NCBI GenBank assembly: GCA_013265495.1
Contig: MU058781.1
Location: 4,527,050 to 4,591,049 of the forward strand
Length of the DNA stretch: 64,000 nt
Direction: 5' to 3'
Origin: Vicugna vicugna
Taxonomy: Eukaryota
Shown: piece after piece, positions 23,666 through 37,298 of the stretch
Numbering within the stretch: the stretch's first letter is position 1
Layout: each line of letters opens with the position of its first letter
Notes under the pieces: generated by a model
Told to the model about the DNA's origin: nothing
Database searches by the model: none
The model's input: only the letters and a program-made list of their open reading frames with translations
Program-made: the position numbers and the translations under genes

Positions 23666-24074
23666 GGGGTGGGGGCAGTAGGAAGGGGGGTCACTCAGGG
23701 GATTTCAGGCAGCGATTCCCCACCCCACAGAGAAGTATTTAATATTTTAAATCTTAGCCCTGGTGTCCTCCCTAAATGGGGTTTTAAAAATGCTCATCAC
23801 CCTTTTGTGCTCGTAGCTAAAACTTTTTCTCCTGGTTCTGTACATGCAGCCTCACAAGGGTGGCTGATGGGGAAAGCAGAAAGAAATGGGGCAACCCCAA
23901 AGGGCTCCGGGAGCAGTTTCCAGGAGACGCTGCTCTGCGGTGACTGGGAGGGGACATCACAACATCTGGTCTTCGTGACACAATGCCACCCCCAAAATTC
24001 ATACTCACTCCCACGTCATTTGGGGGAAATGGCCACCATCACCCCGAGAGGAAAAGCAAATTTACTATTATCAT

Positions 24075-24272
24075 AGCAATAACAACTCCTATTTATTGAG
24101 AAGCTGCTGAACACTATGTCGTGAAACCTTCAATAATAATGTGTAAAGGGACAGAGTGAGAATCTCCCTTCTACAGATGAAAAAAAACAGAGGCTTCAAA
24201 AGATCAAGGAGCCAGTCCAACACCATATGGAGAGCTGGGATTTAAACCCAGCTCTGTTCAATTCCATGCTCT
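24075..24272 (-). mobile_element. MIR
   Basis: atttattgag...tctacagatgaaaaaaaacagaggct...gagctgggatttaaacccag. Confidence 0.65.
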
Positions 24273-24936
24273 TGGCACAAAGTTCTGGAAGCAGATAGAA
24301 GTGCTAACCAGAGGTTGGAAGGGGGATTTGGTTTACTCTAGCTTAGGTAGCCTGGTAAAGGATGCCCGAGAGTAAAGACTGGCAGTTTTACCCAGAGTGG
24401 TAGAGTAGTTTTCAATGTTGCTAGTTCATCTTTAGTAACTAAAACTCAGTATTCATAGAGCTAATTTTCCAGAAGATCCATGAATCCTTGATTTTGCTTT
24501 GGTCCTGCCCAACTCTTGCCTTTCCTTCCAGGTCCATAATTCAAAGGCTGAAGTTTCTAACAGAATACTAACTGGGGTTGACACTCTAACACACATAACT
24601 TTCTATTAACAATGAGGTTAAGTAACTAAAAATTTATCGGCATGTTTTGCTGCTGTATTATTCTGAATGACATCCTCCTTGCCCTCAAAGCAATAATACT
24701 TTGATTGCAAACTATTTCCCTAACCAAATATACTCCTTCCCACAGAGAACTGCTACCATGGAAATCTATGCAATAGATTCATTTCGTGGCATTGCATATC
24801 AAATCTGACAACGTAATTCTGGCATTTGGTAAAAGTGCATCTTTGTCTACATTCTCCTAAGAAGACTTGCTTAATAGTATTTTTCCCAAATGTTCCTACC
24901 ATACATATTTTATGCTGATATCAAAAAAACAGGGGG

Positions 24937-25101
24937 ATCTGTACAGCACAGAGAATTATATTCAATATCTTGTAGTAACCTACAATGAAAAAGAATATGA
25001 AAACAAAATATACGTATGTATATGCATGGCTGAAACATTATGCTGTACACCAGAAATTTACATAACATTGTAAACTGACTATACTTCAATTAAAAAAAAA
25101 A
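24937..25101 (+). mobile_element. 5'-truncated L1 3' end (artiodactyl/camelid type) with poly(A)
   Basis: ctgtacagcacagagaattatattcaatatcttgtagtaacctacaatgaaaaagaatatg...tgctgtacaccagaaa...acattgtaaactgactatacttcaattaaaaaaaaa. Approximate TSD aaaacaggggg / aagataggggg. Confidence 0.9.
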
Positions 25102-26304
25102 GATAGGGGGTAAAAGTTATCTTATTTTCGGTTTTGCTTTTTGATTCATGCTTTTTAAACACCTGACGAAGGAATTTTCACTAAGTTAAAAAGGTGCCTG
25201 TAAGTCAGGTTGTGATGAAAACGACTTGCTACTCCTACAGAGTATTGACTATAATGAAGTGAGCACCGATGACCAATCCCCCTTTGCAACACCCCAGCCA
25301 CATGCATTCCTCAACCTTCTCCCGGATGCCAAACTCCTCTGGAAAGATTAATCTGAATGAATTCATGGGAAACAAATTGGGTTTATTTCATTCCAAGAAA
25401 TTGGAACCACATATAATAAAATAATGCCAAATTATGCTTGGAACTAGGGTATGCTTGGTTCCGATTTCTTGTGACAAAAGAGTTCCAGATCACGACCAAA
25501 GTGCGCAATGTGGAATAAATCCTTTCTTATTTTTAGATATTATAAATACCCTTAGCATGGTGCTATTTGCAAAAGAAGTTCTTAACTTTACTCAGCCTTC
25601 ACTATATTATTGTTCCTTAAAGAGCAGGATTCTTCTATAAAAGGGTATGTTAGACGTTGTCCAGAGGCATTTATTTACTGGGGTTGCAGAAGGGGCTTAC
25701 TATGAAGTGGCCTCTTAGTTGATTCCAAAGCACGAAACCTAGGTAGTGTTTCATAGTGGGGCTCCAGTGAATTCCTTTCAGGTATCTACTGAACTCAATG
25801 TTAACCGCTTACTGCTGACAAAATAATCTGTCGTTTTACTCTCCACCCAAATGAAAATTGCCTCAAGGTAACTTCTGTCTTAATCTCATAAACAAAAAAA
25901 CAACAGAGAGGAGACATATACTTTCTGGTGTACAGATGAACCTTTAATGCCTCAAAAAGCATATTTCAATCAATGATGTTTTAAAACATATATAATTGAA
26001 GGTATTGATATGTTCAGTTAATATATTCTGATTCAGTCTCTAGTATTCGTCTGTCATTATTTGGAGCCTAGATAAGAGGCCAAATAGAAATTATATCCTC
26101 CATTTGTTTCTGCCAAAATATTGGCAGAGAAGCTCTCTGACCCATACCTGTGTTCGGAGCAATGAGAGATACAGAAGTACATTACGATGGTCCAGCCCTT
26201 GAGAGCTTAAATGTCATTTAAGATGACATGTGCATTTGCTTAACAACTATTAACAGTGCAGACTGAAAAAAAAAAAAAGAAAAGACAGTGAGTACTCTAA
26301 TTTA

Positions 26305-26432
26305 TCACACATCTATCCATCCATCAGTCTCTTGACCCATCCATCATTTTTTTATTTTTTTGGATGGATTTCAGAGTAAGTTGCAGACTTACCCCTAAAC
26401 ACATCAGCATGCATAGCATCAACTTGAGTTCA
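26305..26432 (-). mobile_element. L1MD/L1MC-like 3' fragment
   Basis: ggatttcagagtaagttgcagac...cccctaaacacatcagcatgcatagcat...gagttcaa. Confidence 0.6.
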
Positions 26433-26519
26433 ACACACAATCAAATTTGGGGGTGAGAAAAAACTCAGTGGTGTCAGTGGGAATATGACATGCTAGAGAA
26501 AGGCTGGGGACAGTCAGAG

Positions 26520-27330
26520 GGAGCCTTTGCCAAATTTCTAAAGGCAATGAGGGCCTGGACCAGAGCAGGGAAGGAGCGGGCAGAGAGGAGACAGCAGAAC
26601 TGACAGCTCTTGATAATTGATTAGATGTGGAGGGCCAGATAAGGAAATAGGAGGAATTCAAGGTAACTCCCAAATTTCTGCCTTGAGAACAGTTAGGAAC
26701 TGACTTTAGGGGGGTGAAATATTTCTTGAGGGAAAAGTTGTAAGTTGAATTCTGAATGTAATTTATGAATACCTGTGAGACACCCAGATAATTTAGCTGG
26801 TAAACAGTAGGACAGAGAGGTCTCCGCTAGAGAGACAGACTGGAGGGTCCGTAGTGTTTGTGTGGTGTGAAAAGCTTTTGTGTAGAGGAGAGTGTGCAGC
26901 CAGGGCCAAGAACAGAGCTTAAGGCAGCATGTGGATTTAAAGGGCAGGCAGGGGAGGGATGCCCATAAAAGAAACTGAGAAGTGGTTGGTGAGGAAAGAG
27001 AAGAACCAGGGAGGATGAGGCCTTGAAGATAAGAGAAGGAGAAAATTTCAAGGAAACTAACTTGTCAGTGGTACAAAATGCTGAACAGTCAAGAAAGATG
27101 AGGGCACTGAAGAGTCTACGGGATTTGGCAACTTAGAAGTTGATGGTGACCTTGGCAGAAAACAGTTTCAGCGAAGCTAGGGAAATAGAAGCCAAATTTC
27201 AGTGGGTTGAGAACTGAATGGAAGACGAAGTCATGGAAACAGTACATGAATACTAGTCATTCTGGATATTGGCTGAGAAGAGAACAGAGGTAAGGCGCAC
27301 ATACTTAGAGGAGAGGATGTGGGTCATGGA
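26520..27330 (-). mobile_element. L2 fragment
   Basis: tgagggcctggaccag...gattagatgtggaggg...ggatttggcaacttagaagttgatggtgaccttggcaga...gaagccaaatttcagtgggttgagaactgaatgga. Confidence 0.8.
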
Positions 27331-27428
27331 AGATCAGCCTCATGAGCAGAGCATCTTGACCATACAGAAATGAGTGCCTGTAGTATTTAGTTGACACCTG
27401 AAGTGCGTGGCCTTACTTTGACAACTTT

Positions 27429-27517
27429 TTTTTTTTTAATGGAGGTACTTGGGGACTGAACCCAGGACTTCGTGTGTGCTAAGCAGATACTCTACCACTG
27501 AGCTATACCTTCCCCCA
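27429..27517 (-). mobile_element. Vic-1-type SINE, short form
   Basis: Poly(T), then aatggaggtacttggggactgaacccagg...ctctaccactgagctataccttcccc. TSD ttgacaacttt / ttgacgacttt. Confidence 0.9.
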
Positions 27518-30314
27518 AAGTTGACGACTTTCTCTGTGCATATATATTACCTCCTTGGTTAGCTGTAAACTTCCATGAACAAATGGACCAGGTACTGCCC
27601 TCATAGTCTAATGGAACATGAAAGTGTGAATGTGCCAGAGATCGTTTACTATAACCCCTGCTCTTATGCTTGAAGAACTCGAGTCAAGACAGTGAGTCAT
27701 GGAAGGTCATGCAGAGTGCAGTTGGTAAGGAACCACCCAGGCCCTTTACACTGTGTTTTGCAGTAAGGAAGGTGGTTTTGTTTTCCAGCACAGTTGTATG
27801 AAAATTCCAGTCTGGGAACCATCTCAAAAGGATAGCCCTGATCACGTGGATTTCCTTATGTGTCTCACAGCAGCGTGGTCATCTGTATCTGGGTACAGCA
27901 AAGCCAGTTTCCATCTATGCCCCCAAACTGGAATTGATGTGTTGGTATAAAATCTTCAGGCAATGTCATTTCTCAATTCCTATCTATCACCTCTCTACTT
28001 TGTTTGTATCAGCCCATGGGAGTATCTCACGTGGCTAGAGGGAGACAGTGTCTGATTTTCCCGGCCTGTCAGAAGCAGGCGTCTAGTGGAGCTTCCAGAA
28101 GAACACGTGCTTTCAGGACCCCGCTTACTTTCAGGAAGAGTATTCCATGGGTTCATTTTGGATTTCAAGTGATGAATGGATATAGACCAAACCTTTTAAC
28201 CTTTTCAATTTTCTGCTCCTGCTTCTCCAGTTCCCTCTATAAGTTACTTTAATTAGCTCAACTTTAAGCCCTTTTGAATCACCTAATGTCAGGCAAATGC
28301 AGTTGCCCTGTGCAGAGAAAGAGAAGTATGAGGTAACCCACTTTCGGGGCAACTGATTTATTACATGCAGCGGAACTTCTTGTTAGCTTCCCAAAAGTTA
28401 TCTTTTTTCTTGTTATTTGGAAAGCACAGTAATTTTCCACTTATTCTCTACTGATATAAAACAGATTTGTTTAACTCAGAGGAAGCTCCGTTTTGAAATG
28501 GGGGTGTGTGTGTCTTTTTTCCTGGTGGACTCCTACAATCATTCGGCTGTGCACAGCTATATTGGACTCGGTTACCGCAATGTACTACACTTGCAAAAAT
28601 GTTCTTTTCTGCAAAAAGCCTCTACAAGCTAAACTGATAGCATCTGCCTCTCCAAAATGCCTTAATTGTATTGGCAAAAGAGCATCTCTTATTTTTTAAA
28701 GCCTACTTTCACTGGATTGTTGGAGTAGCACCATTAAAAGGATAACGACAATGTTACCCTCAAATACATTTTCTTAAAATAATTGCTTTGCCCCGCTGAG
28801 TGCTGGCATGGTGCTGGGGAAATCCTGACAGGGTCAGCGGGTTCTCCGATGTTGCCCATAGAAGACTGTCTCTTTCTGACCTTTCTTTTCTTTCTCATGC
28901 ACACTCACCCCAGTTTTATTTCACTACTGAAACTTGTTTTCGTACTTGTATCACAGCCCATTCCTTTCTTCTTAACAGTAAATATGTAGCTTTCTCAATG
29001 GGCCAGCAGTTACTGCTTCTTTATTTTGTCTTGATGGAAATCTTTTTATTCTGGAAATCAAACAAACTGATTCTGAGAGCATCACTGTCCCAGAAATTGA
29101 TGGGTTGGCCATGAAATCATAGGTCTGCATATTCCGATGCTTATCTTGGGTGAACCTAAGAAGCACGGGGATGACCTGCATGAATAGGGAGCATCCAACC
29201 CTTGCTGGGAGGAAGCTGGAGTCAGGACTGGTCGTATTGCCTGCCTGGGCTGTTATTCTGGGTCTGGGGATTGGAGGGGGGCCTGGTTTGTGGATAAGTG
29301 TGGGTGAGGCTGGCCTGAGGCTGTGGATAGGAAGCAACAGGGAACTGAAGCCTGTGTCTCTGAAAAGAGGAGCCTCTAGAACCAAGTCTAAAACGCAAAG
29401 ACAGATGTCTGCGGCAGAGAACTGAGGAGAGGCGAGACGGAGAAAGGCAGAGCTTAAAGGGATTCCCCAAGACAAGTGCAGGCAGGTGGAGAGGGCATTT
29501 TATAGCTCCCCTTGCCTTACTCTGAGCACGGAGGAACTTATTTCAAGCATCAATTTATACCGGAGAAAATTTGTACTACATAGTTGTTGTTTTACTTTAT
29601 TTCCCAACTCAAACGGAGGCAGCGCATCAGCTAATGCAGAATATACTTAATCTCTGTGTGAACACAGTAGCTCAGTGTCACTATGCACACAGAACACAAG
29701 GCATTCGCTTAATTTTGTTGACTTTGGACCTCAGTTCAGCCAGTGTTCTTGGATAGACAGACTACCTCATCAAATCAGCTCAGTTATTGAACTAATGGCT
29801 TATATCATGTAATAGGAAGTTCTCTCTCTCTCTCCCTCTGTTTAGAATTATATTCGTGATACACAATCAAGCCTGTGAGCACTTGATTTCTCCCTAAGTG
29901 ATGCATGGACGATGGATGGTGGAAAATTGAAACACTTTTCCGCTATGTTACCTTTTCAACCCATTTGTTTACAATTTATCAACCACTTATGGGTTACAAA
30001 GAAAATTCACCACGGTGTATTGCTTAGAAAGATGATGCAGGGAGTTTGCGAGAGAATCACTGATAAATTGATGGTGAAGTGCTTTGTTAATATAGAGTGC
30101 TACTGAAATGCATAATGAGCAGTGGCCCCTTCAAGGTCACGCACCGAAGGCGAGGCTAGAATTCTGGATGCCCCACTCTTCATCTAACAGATGCTGGCAC
30201 ACAAAGCCTGAATAGAGTATGTCTTTAACCTCACTTGGGGACTCCCAGGAAGGGTTGCCACTTATTTCTACCCAATGATCTGGGCGAGGTTAACAAAGTA
30301 AGCAAGAAATGGAG

Positions 30315-30440
30315 CAGCGCTTCTCACAGATTACCTGGGATCTTATTAAAGTGAAAGTTGTGATTCAATACTTCTGGGGTGAGGCCTGAGATTCTGCATT
30401 TCAAATAAGCTTCCAGTGATGCCAATGCTGTTTGTCCAAA
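30315..30440. mobile_element. MER5A hAT-Charlie element
   Basis: cagcgcttctca...ttacctgggatcttattaaa...tgattca...ctggggtgaggcctgagattctgcatttcaaataagcttccagtgatgc. Confidence 0.8.
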
Positions 30441-30924
30441 ATGCTGCTCCAATCTGAAACATCTGGAGAGGTACATAGACTCTTTTAGGCACTAGGATTT
30501 CAACATGCTAGAAAAGACCATCTCTGAAGGAAAATAAAGGGTTTTTTGAGTGTTCAAGATACAAAAATGAAAGCATCCAGGAAAGGGTGGCTTGAAGGCA
30601 ACTTGAGATGTAGAACTGGAGTTTAGGAAGAGAATAGGGCTGCTGATAATGTTTGGGAACCGTCCGTGTCAGTCAATGTCATGACAATTCCATAGATAGA
30701 CTGATAGATAGATAAAATATATGGAGGGACTCCAAACTTCTCAGTTCATAGAACACTATCATCACTGGCTCATGCAAAGTCTCATCCTTGTTTGATTTTT
30801 TTCAATTAATTATTTCATTCATTCCCTTTCATTCCCACCCTCCCTGCCATAAGCAGGGTTCAAATGCTCGAATGTACTTTTATTTTGGTAAGTGTTCTTA
30901 TACAAGGTACCTTATTTTGTGTGC

Positions 30925-31440
30925 ATTTTTTAAACTGAGGTATCACTGCATACAGTAAAGAAAAATAACCGTAATTAGACAGCTTGTTGAATTTACACAC
31001 ATGTATACACCTGTGTAACCAACACCCAGACCAAGACATAGAATATTTTCTGCAGCTCTGTGCACATATTTTCAATTTACATAAGTGACATCGTATAATA
31101 GATATCATTCTGTTTCGTACCTCATTTCACAGCACAATATTTTCAAGGTTGATGTATGCGTCTGTGTTTACATATTTGCTTCCAACTCCTTCAGAGCATC
31201 CTCTTTGTGCATCTGCCACATTTTATTTAACATTCCTCAATGAAGGACATCTAGATTTACCACAAGTAATGCTAGAACAAACATCCTTATTTATGTTCTC
31301 CTATGGACCCAGATGAGATTTTCTTTTCTGAGATATATAACCAGAAAAGTGACTACTGAGTCGTGATGTGCACACATACTTATTTTAAGCAAAAGTTGCC
31401 AGATTGCCTCCCAGAATGGCTATGCCAATCTGCACATACA
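30925..31440 (-). mobile_element. L1ME-type LINE-1 3' fragment
   Basis: aactgaggtatcactgcatacagtaaa...acacctgtgtaaccaacacccagaccaagacatagaatattt...tgccagattgcctcccagaatggctatgccaat. Confidence 0.8.
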
Positions 31441-31559
31441 AATACTTTTTTCTAGAGTCAAGTTTATACTTCTTTTGAATGCTCATTGTGTTAAAATGGG
31501 ACTCAAGGCAGCCAGGTTTTATCAGGGTTACGTTTAGATTTTGCCTGTGACTGGCAGTT

Positions 31560-31980
31560 CATACACTCACTGATTAACCATTTTTGGAGCACCCAGGATA
31601 TGCCAGGTACTCTTCTAGGGGCTGGGAATACAGCTTTGAAGGAATTAATTCCAACCCACATGGACTTTATGTTCTAGTAATTAAAACATTAAGTAGTAAA
31701 GTCACTTAGGAAGAGAATATAGAGCAAGTAAGAAAGAAAACCAAAGGCAGAATTCTGAGAAACATCAAAAGATTCAGGGGTAAAGAGAAAAGGAACCCTG
31801 GAGGGAGATCAGAAGTATTCTGAGAGGCAGCAAGAGAACCAAGAGAAAGTAATGACACAGAAACCAAAAGAGAAGAGTTTCAAGAAAAGTACAGTCCACA
31901 AGCGGGAATATAATGAGGAGGTGATTGGTCACAAGGAGTCTTTGGCACAAATCGTTGATGGAGAAGAGAAGAATGAAAGG
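31560..31980 (-). mobile_element. L2 fragments
   Basis: gagcacccaggatatgccaggtactcttctaggggctgggaatacagc...catggactttatgttctag...aagagaaccaagagaaagt. Confidence 0.7.
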
Positions 31981-32925
31981 ATGGTACACACCATACGGTA
32001 CTCAATCACGTCCCCTCTGACGTGGTAACCATGTCGCTCAACCAAGCTACTGACCTCAACTTTTCTGAAAGCATTGGGACTCTCTTTTCTTCCTGTGGTG
32101 TGCATTCTTTCCTAAGAAACTCCTTCCCTCAGCAAACACATCTGGCTTTTCCATCCCTCCGGACCAGAGCATAAATTTTGAACTCTGGTGTAAATACCAG
32201 ATCTTATTGATCAAAGAAAATAATTTGCTAGTTATTCCAAAGAGTGGGACTCTAGCCTTAGCTAAGAATTTTGCAAATTAATGTGCATTTATCAAAATTA
32301 GTCTGTAGAATTAGAGAAGATGGAGGATGGGGAAATAAATGGAAATTTCTTTCTGGTCTCAGACTTGAGAAGATAGCTTCAGATGTCATATTATTGTTTT
32401 GATGCAGAACATAACTGTGACTTTATCTTTGTCTCATTGCTTTCATTCATCGCCATAAATCATTATATATCATGTAGGTTTGATTTTTTTTTCTGTAAAA
32501 TGTCTGCCCCATGTGTTCAATCTTTTTGTATTCTCATCTCCATGACTTGAGTGTGATCCTTATTGTCTCAGGCCTGAATCATGCAACAGCCCCAGGACAG
32601 ACACTCCCTCAACTCCCCTGTCCTGAGCATCACCACCAGCTGGGACACTCCCACTCCCAGATCATCAGTGCTTTACTGTTGCCTCAGGATGAATCCCACG
32701 TGCTGGGTTCACAGCCCTGAAACTTGGATCTCCCACTGCATCACAACCACAAACCTCTGCTCCCACCACACGAGTCTGCTTTGACCTTTCCCAAATGCAC
32801 TATTCTCTCTCCATCCTTCCCTCCTTGTTCCTGCCATTTAGCATGTTTGGAATTCCCTACCGCTATCCAAAGTCCATCAAGTCCCATATCCTTAACCTCC
32901 CACTGCTCTGGTCAAACTCCCAGAA

Positions 32926-34851
32926 CAGCAGTTCTCAAAAACTTTCTGGTTTCAGGACACTTTTACATATTTAAAATTATAAAGGACCCCAAACAGTTTT
33001 TATTTTGTGGATTATATCTGTCAATTTACCATAATAGAAATTAAACCAAGAATGTTTAAAACTATTTAGCAATCATTTCTAACAAACCATTACGTGTTAT
33101 CATAAAAAGCCTATTTTATGAAAAATAACTTTATCTTCCCAAGTGAAAAAATAGTGAAAATGGTGGCAGTGCTTTATATGTTTGCAAGTCTCTTTAATAT
33201 CTGGAAAGAAGAGCAGCTAGTTTCTCATGGCTGCTTCTGCATTCAGTCTTTTATGATATGTTGTTTTGGTTGAAGCACATGAAGAAAATCCAGCCTCACA
33301 GAGATTGTACTGGGTTCACGGAGGAGAATTTTAATAGCCTTTTCAGATAATTGTGGATGTCCCTTTTTCATACTAATCACAACTGGGAAAGTGGTAGTTT
33401 CTTGAATGTTAACTTGCAGTGTGGAATCTGCAACCTTATCAGTAAGCTTTTCCCACTTCGTTATATTAAAATGCATCAGTTTATCTTGCACTTTGAATGG
33501 ATCTTTTACCTGCTCATAGTTAATAACATCAAAGCATTGACCATTTGGAAAATACTGGTTCATGGGGTGATGCAGAACTTCCAAATGTTGACACGTTTCA
33601 TTAAAGAATATAACGTTTTTTAAATCCCATTCATATCACCACCAATCTCATCAGAAAAACCTTCAAGTATTTTAGAAACTGTCAAGCTCATGATGCTGAA
33701 TACAAATTTTCCAGAATTTTACTTTTTGCTTGGAAGCTCAACTTTTCTAATCGGTAACAAAAATGTCAGTTGCTTTCCTTGAAGCCATAGGTTCACTTTG
33801 TTCATTTCCAAGAAAATGTTCAGTAAATACCCAAGTCTGAATAATCACAGTTTATCTGTCAGTCACTGCAGCCGGAAGCAATAATGCCTTCCCTGCACCA
33901 AAGGGATATTCCCTTTCCAATCCCTGGAACCTATGACTGTTACCTTGTACGAACAAAAGATGTGGTTAAGTTAAGGATCTTGAGAAGAGGGGCTCATCCT
34001 GGGTTATCCAAGTAGCCCTTTACCAATGACAGGCCTCTTATAAGAGACAGGGAGAGAGAGATTGGAGACAGCAGAAGAGATGACATAGAGACACAGGGAG
34101 GAGAAAGCAGTGTGAAGATGGAGGCAGAGATCAGAGTGATGTTGCCACAAGCCAGGAACACTCCAAGGCCCGGCCGGCGATCAAGGCACCACCAGAAGCT
34201 AGAAGAGACGAAGAACAGACACTACTCTGGGGCCTCCAGAAAGAAGGTGGCCCTGCCAACCTTTGGACTTCTGGCCTCCAGAATTGTGAAAGAATAGGTT
34301 TCTGTGGTTTTAAGCCACCAAGGCTATGATCATTTGGCAAGGCAGCCCTAGCAAACTAATACAGTCATTCTTGCAAGTAATAATCAGTGTTCCACAAAAA
34401 AGGCTGTTAGTTCGGCTGGCAATTTAATCGCACAAGTTCTTTTCCTCCAGATGGTCCTGATGCTTCGATTCGGACCTCAGGGCCTCCTGCACATTTCTCA
34501 TCTCATCATACCAAATACTAAAAAAGATGTTCTCAAGAACTGAGATTTAACAAAACCAGTCACTTGTAACACTTCATCAAGGATGCCCTCAATTGAAGCT
34601 GGCGTCTTTTAAACTACAAGTGCATGGTAGACTTGACCTCCTACCGCTATGGCAGGTGTCACTGCCCTAGGTCAAGGCGAGGTACCAGAGTTTTACTTAC
34701 TCTCACTTTTGCCCCAACAGTGCAAAATCAATGCAGGAAAAAGAAAGAAAAGACCATTTTTAGTATTATTATGAAACTTGTTTTCACTGACAAGATCCCC
34801 TGAAAGGGTCTTGGCCCTTCCCGGCCCATGGGCCACGTCTGCAAACTGCTG
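32926..34851 (-). mobile_element. Charlie1a-like hAT DNA transposon, near full length, interrupted by MLT1C/D
   Basis: Both termini present (cagcagttctcaaa...ggaccccaaa at 32926; cccctgaaagggtctt...aaactgctg at 34851). About 1.43 kb after removing the LTR. ORF 33243-33584 (YFPNGQC...VKDPFKVQD...LSEKAIKILL) reads like decayed Charlie transposase. Confidence 0.85.
33867..34363 (+). mobile_element. MLT1C/D ERVL-MaLR solo LTR
   Basis: aatccctggaacct...ttaagttaaggatcttgag...gtgaagatggaggcagagat...ggacttctggcctccagaattgtga...gcagccctagcaaactaataca. TSD gtcac / gtcat. Confidence 0.9.
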
Positions 34852-35552
34852 GAGCAAAGACAGCAAGAGGCCGACTGTAAAAAAGGTGGTACGTGTATTG
34901 GCGTTCACTGCCCTAGGCTTTAAACTTTTCTATTTTTTTTTTTTTAATTTTTACAGTGAAAGCTAGGGTGGGGGAAGTTTTGCGTGTGTGTGAAAAATAA
35001 ATAAATAAAGTTGTCAGTTGTCATGTTGTGTTGCCATAACTGAAGGATGAAACTGCCAGCCCCGGCCCACTGTGTTCCAGCTCCAGCTCCCTGTCCAGCC
35101 TCGCCTCTCCTGCCCTGCGGTGACCTGCAAACCCCGGACTGCTTGGAGGCCTCCGCACACGCTGCAGCCTTTCCTGTCCCCACTTCTTTTCATGAGCGAC
35201 TCCCTGAGCCACAAGGTTATTTTCTCCCCCTGCGCCCTGTGTCATGCTCCAGGAAAAATTTAATTTTGCCCTCAAGTGTTGGTTTTGGGACTTCGCCCCT
35301 CAGGAGCCTTCCCTCCCCAGGGAAGAGTGCCTTTGGGGCTTCTCTCTACTCGCAGAATCAGAGTAAAGAGCAGAGCAGCTGGGCACCCGCCCAGGACACT
35401 CACAAACGCCCTCAGCTGAAACATCACTGGAATGAATTAGACAAGTGGTGCCAGTTAACTCAGGTTTCTGCAGGCAACTCTTTACATAACAGGTGAAGCA
35501 GAAATTAGCAACGATTTCTGAAGTACATGCTGACCCGAAATGGAATCACTCT

Positions 35553-35693
35553 GCAGGGAAGGGCATAGCTCAGTGGTAGAGCACATGCTTAGCATGTAAA
35601 AGGTCCTAGGTTCAATCTCCAGTACCCTCATCAAAGTAACTAAATAAACCTAATTACCTTCCGCCAAAAATTTTAAATTAAAAAAATTTTTAT
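35553..35693 (+). mobile_element. Vic-1-type SINE
   Basis: agggcatagctcagtggtagagcacatgcttagcatg...ggttcaatctccagtacc...aaataaacctaattacc. Perfect 15-bp TSD AAATGGAATCACTCT (35538-35552, 35694-35708). Confidence 0.95.
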
Positions 35694-36219
35694 AAATGGA
35701 ATCACTCTACTTCCTCATATTGGCCCACCGCTCATAAAGCATGCTTGCCCTGGATGTGTGCAGTCACTTGAAACAAACACAGGCCATCTCTGAGACACCT
35801 GCCTGAAGTCATACATGGAATTTGCAGAAACTCTGAAACACAATGCATGGTAGGGTAGTACTTACTGGGAACAGGTGGGTCCTATCACTATGTAAAGCTT
35901 AACTGCTTTAATATGCCTCCCCAAAGTCGCCCGATTTCAAAAACTGCAGTGCCCAGAGGGTAAACTCTTCTCATACATTTAGTGTCTGCCCTAAATCCCT
36001 TATTTTGAACAAGAACAAAAAGGCAAACCATTTTTATTAATAGAGAATCCTTCTCTCCACATCCACACTGATAACTGGTTGGACATACATTAAAGGAACA
36101 TCAGTTTGAAGAATGTCACTTTATCAGTCTCCCCAGGACACTGATGTGTTTTCTGCCAGTCCAGCCTCCAAGCTCCCTCTTACCTGACCCATTCTTCCAC
36201 CACCGCACGATTTTATTGA

Positions 36220-36360
36220 AACTTTGTTATCTGGACTTCCTTCTCCCCACTGGACAACAAGCTCCTTGAAGGCAGGGACTGTCTTTGTATCCCAAGGGTC
36301 TAGCCCCATGGCTAGAACTTAAGACATGCTCAATAACTGTTTGTTAATTAAGTGAATACA
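36220..36360 (+). mobile_element. L2 3' terminus
   Basis: ctccccactggacaacaagctccttgaaggcagggactgtctttgtatccc...tgctcaataactgtttgttaa. Confidence 0.8.
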
Positions 36361-37216
36361 TGATGGTTGGGGAGGCCTTGGCACATGCAAAGCTTCAAAC
36401 ACCCACTGTACAAATTCCACATACAGTACCTGCATTGGCGATGGAGGCAGAGGTCCCAAGGAGAAAACCTGGCTCCTCTGGAGATCCACTTAATCAATCA
36501 ACGATTTGTTAAATGACAAATACCAGCTACTCGCCAACCTCAGGGCTGAATCCTGTGGGAGAGCAGAACAAAACAAGGTTGCTGCCCTTCTAGGGTGAAT
36601 AATGCAAAGTCTATGGACAGCCACAAAACAATTGGAGAAAGAGTAATTGTGTGGAGTGCTGTAAAACTATAAAACAAAAGCTGGCAGAGGCCCTTCAGGG
36701 GGTCCAGATTTGAATGTAGGATGCTACATTCCTCTATTGTAAACAATTGAATGCAGACAATGGAACTAGGGAATCTGAGGCCCAGATTTCCAAGTAAGTT
36801 AATAGACCATGCAGTATGTGACAAAAAAAAAATCAAGTTAACAAGAGATGAGAGAATTTTGAAAAGCATTTATAAGTTGTGTATCCAAATGTCTATTCAA
36901 GAATTTAAAAACTAATTTAAAATAAATATTTTTCTGGACCAACTGACTGTTTTTCAGGTTCTAGGATAAAGCTACTGTCAATCTCACCCAGGAGAGATTT
37001 ACAATAAAAACAGCCGCCCTCATCAAGTCACTTTACATTTGTTCCCTAACTTAAGCCTCCTAACATCTTTAAGGGTTACAGTGGTTAGACCTGGCAACTG
37101 GGGTCAGCATTCTGGGGCCCCATCTTGCCCTCCTCCAGCCATGCCCTTCCCATGGAGCAAAAGAGAGGCCAAAGCAAGGAGCCACCTGGAGCCCTCACCC
37201 TGATCGACCTCCCGCA

Positions 37217-37298
37217 TGGTGGCCAGATACAGCACACACAGGATGCCCAGTTAAATTTGAAATTCAGATAAACAGGGAATTATTTTTAATAATGTCCC
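37217..37298. mobile_element. MER53 half element
   Basis: gccagata...acaggatgcccagttaaatttgaaattcagataaaca...ttattttt...atgtccc. Confidence 0.75.
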
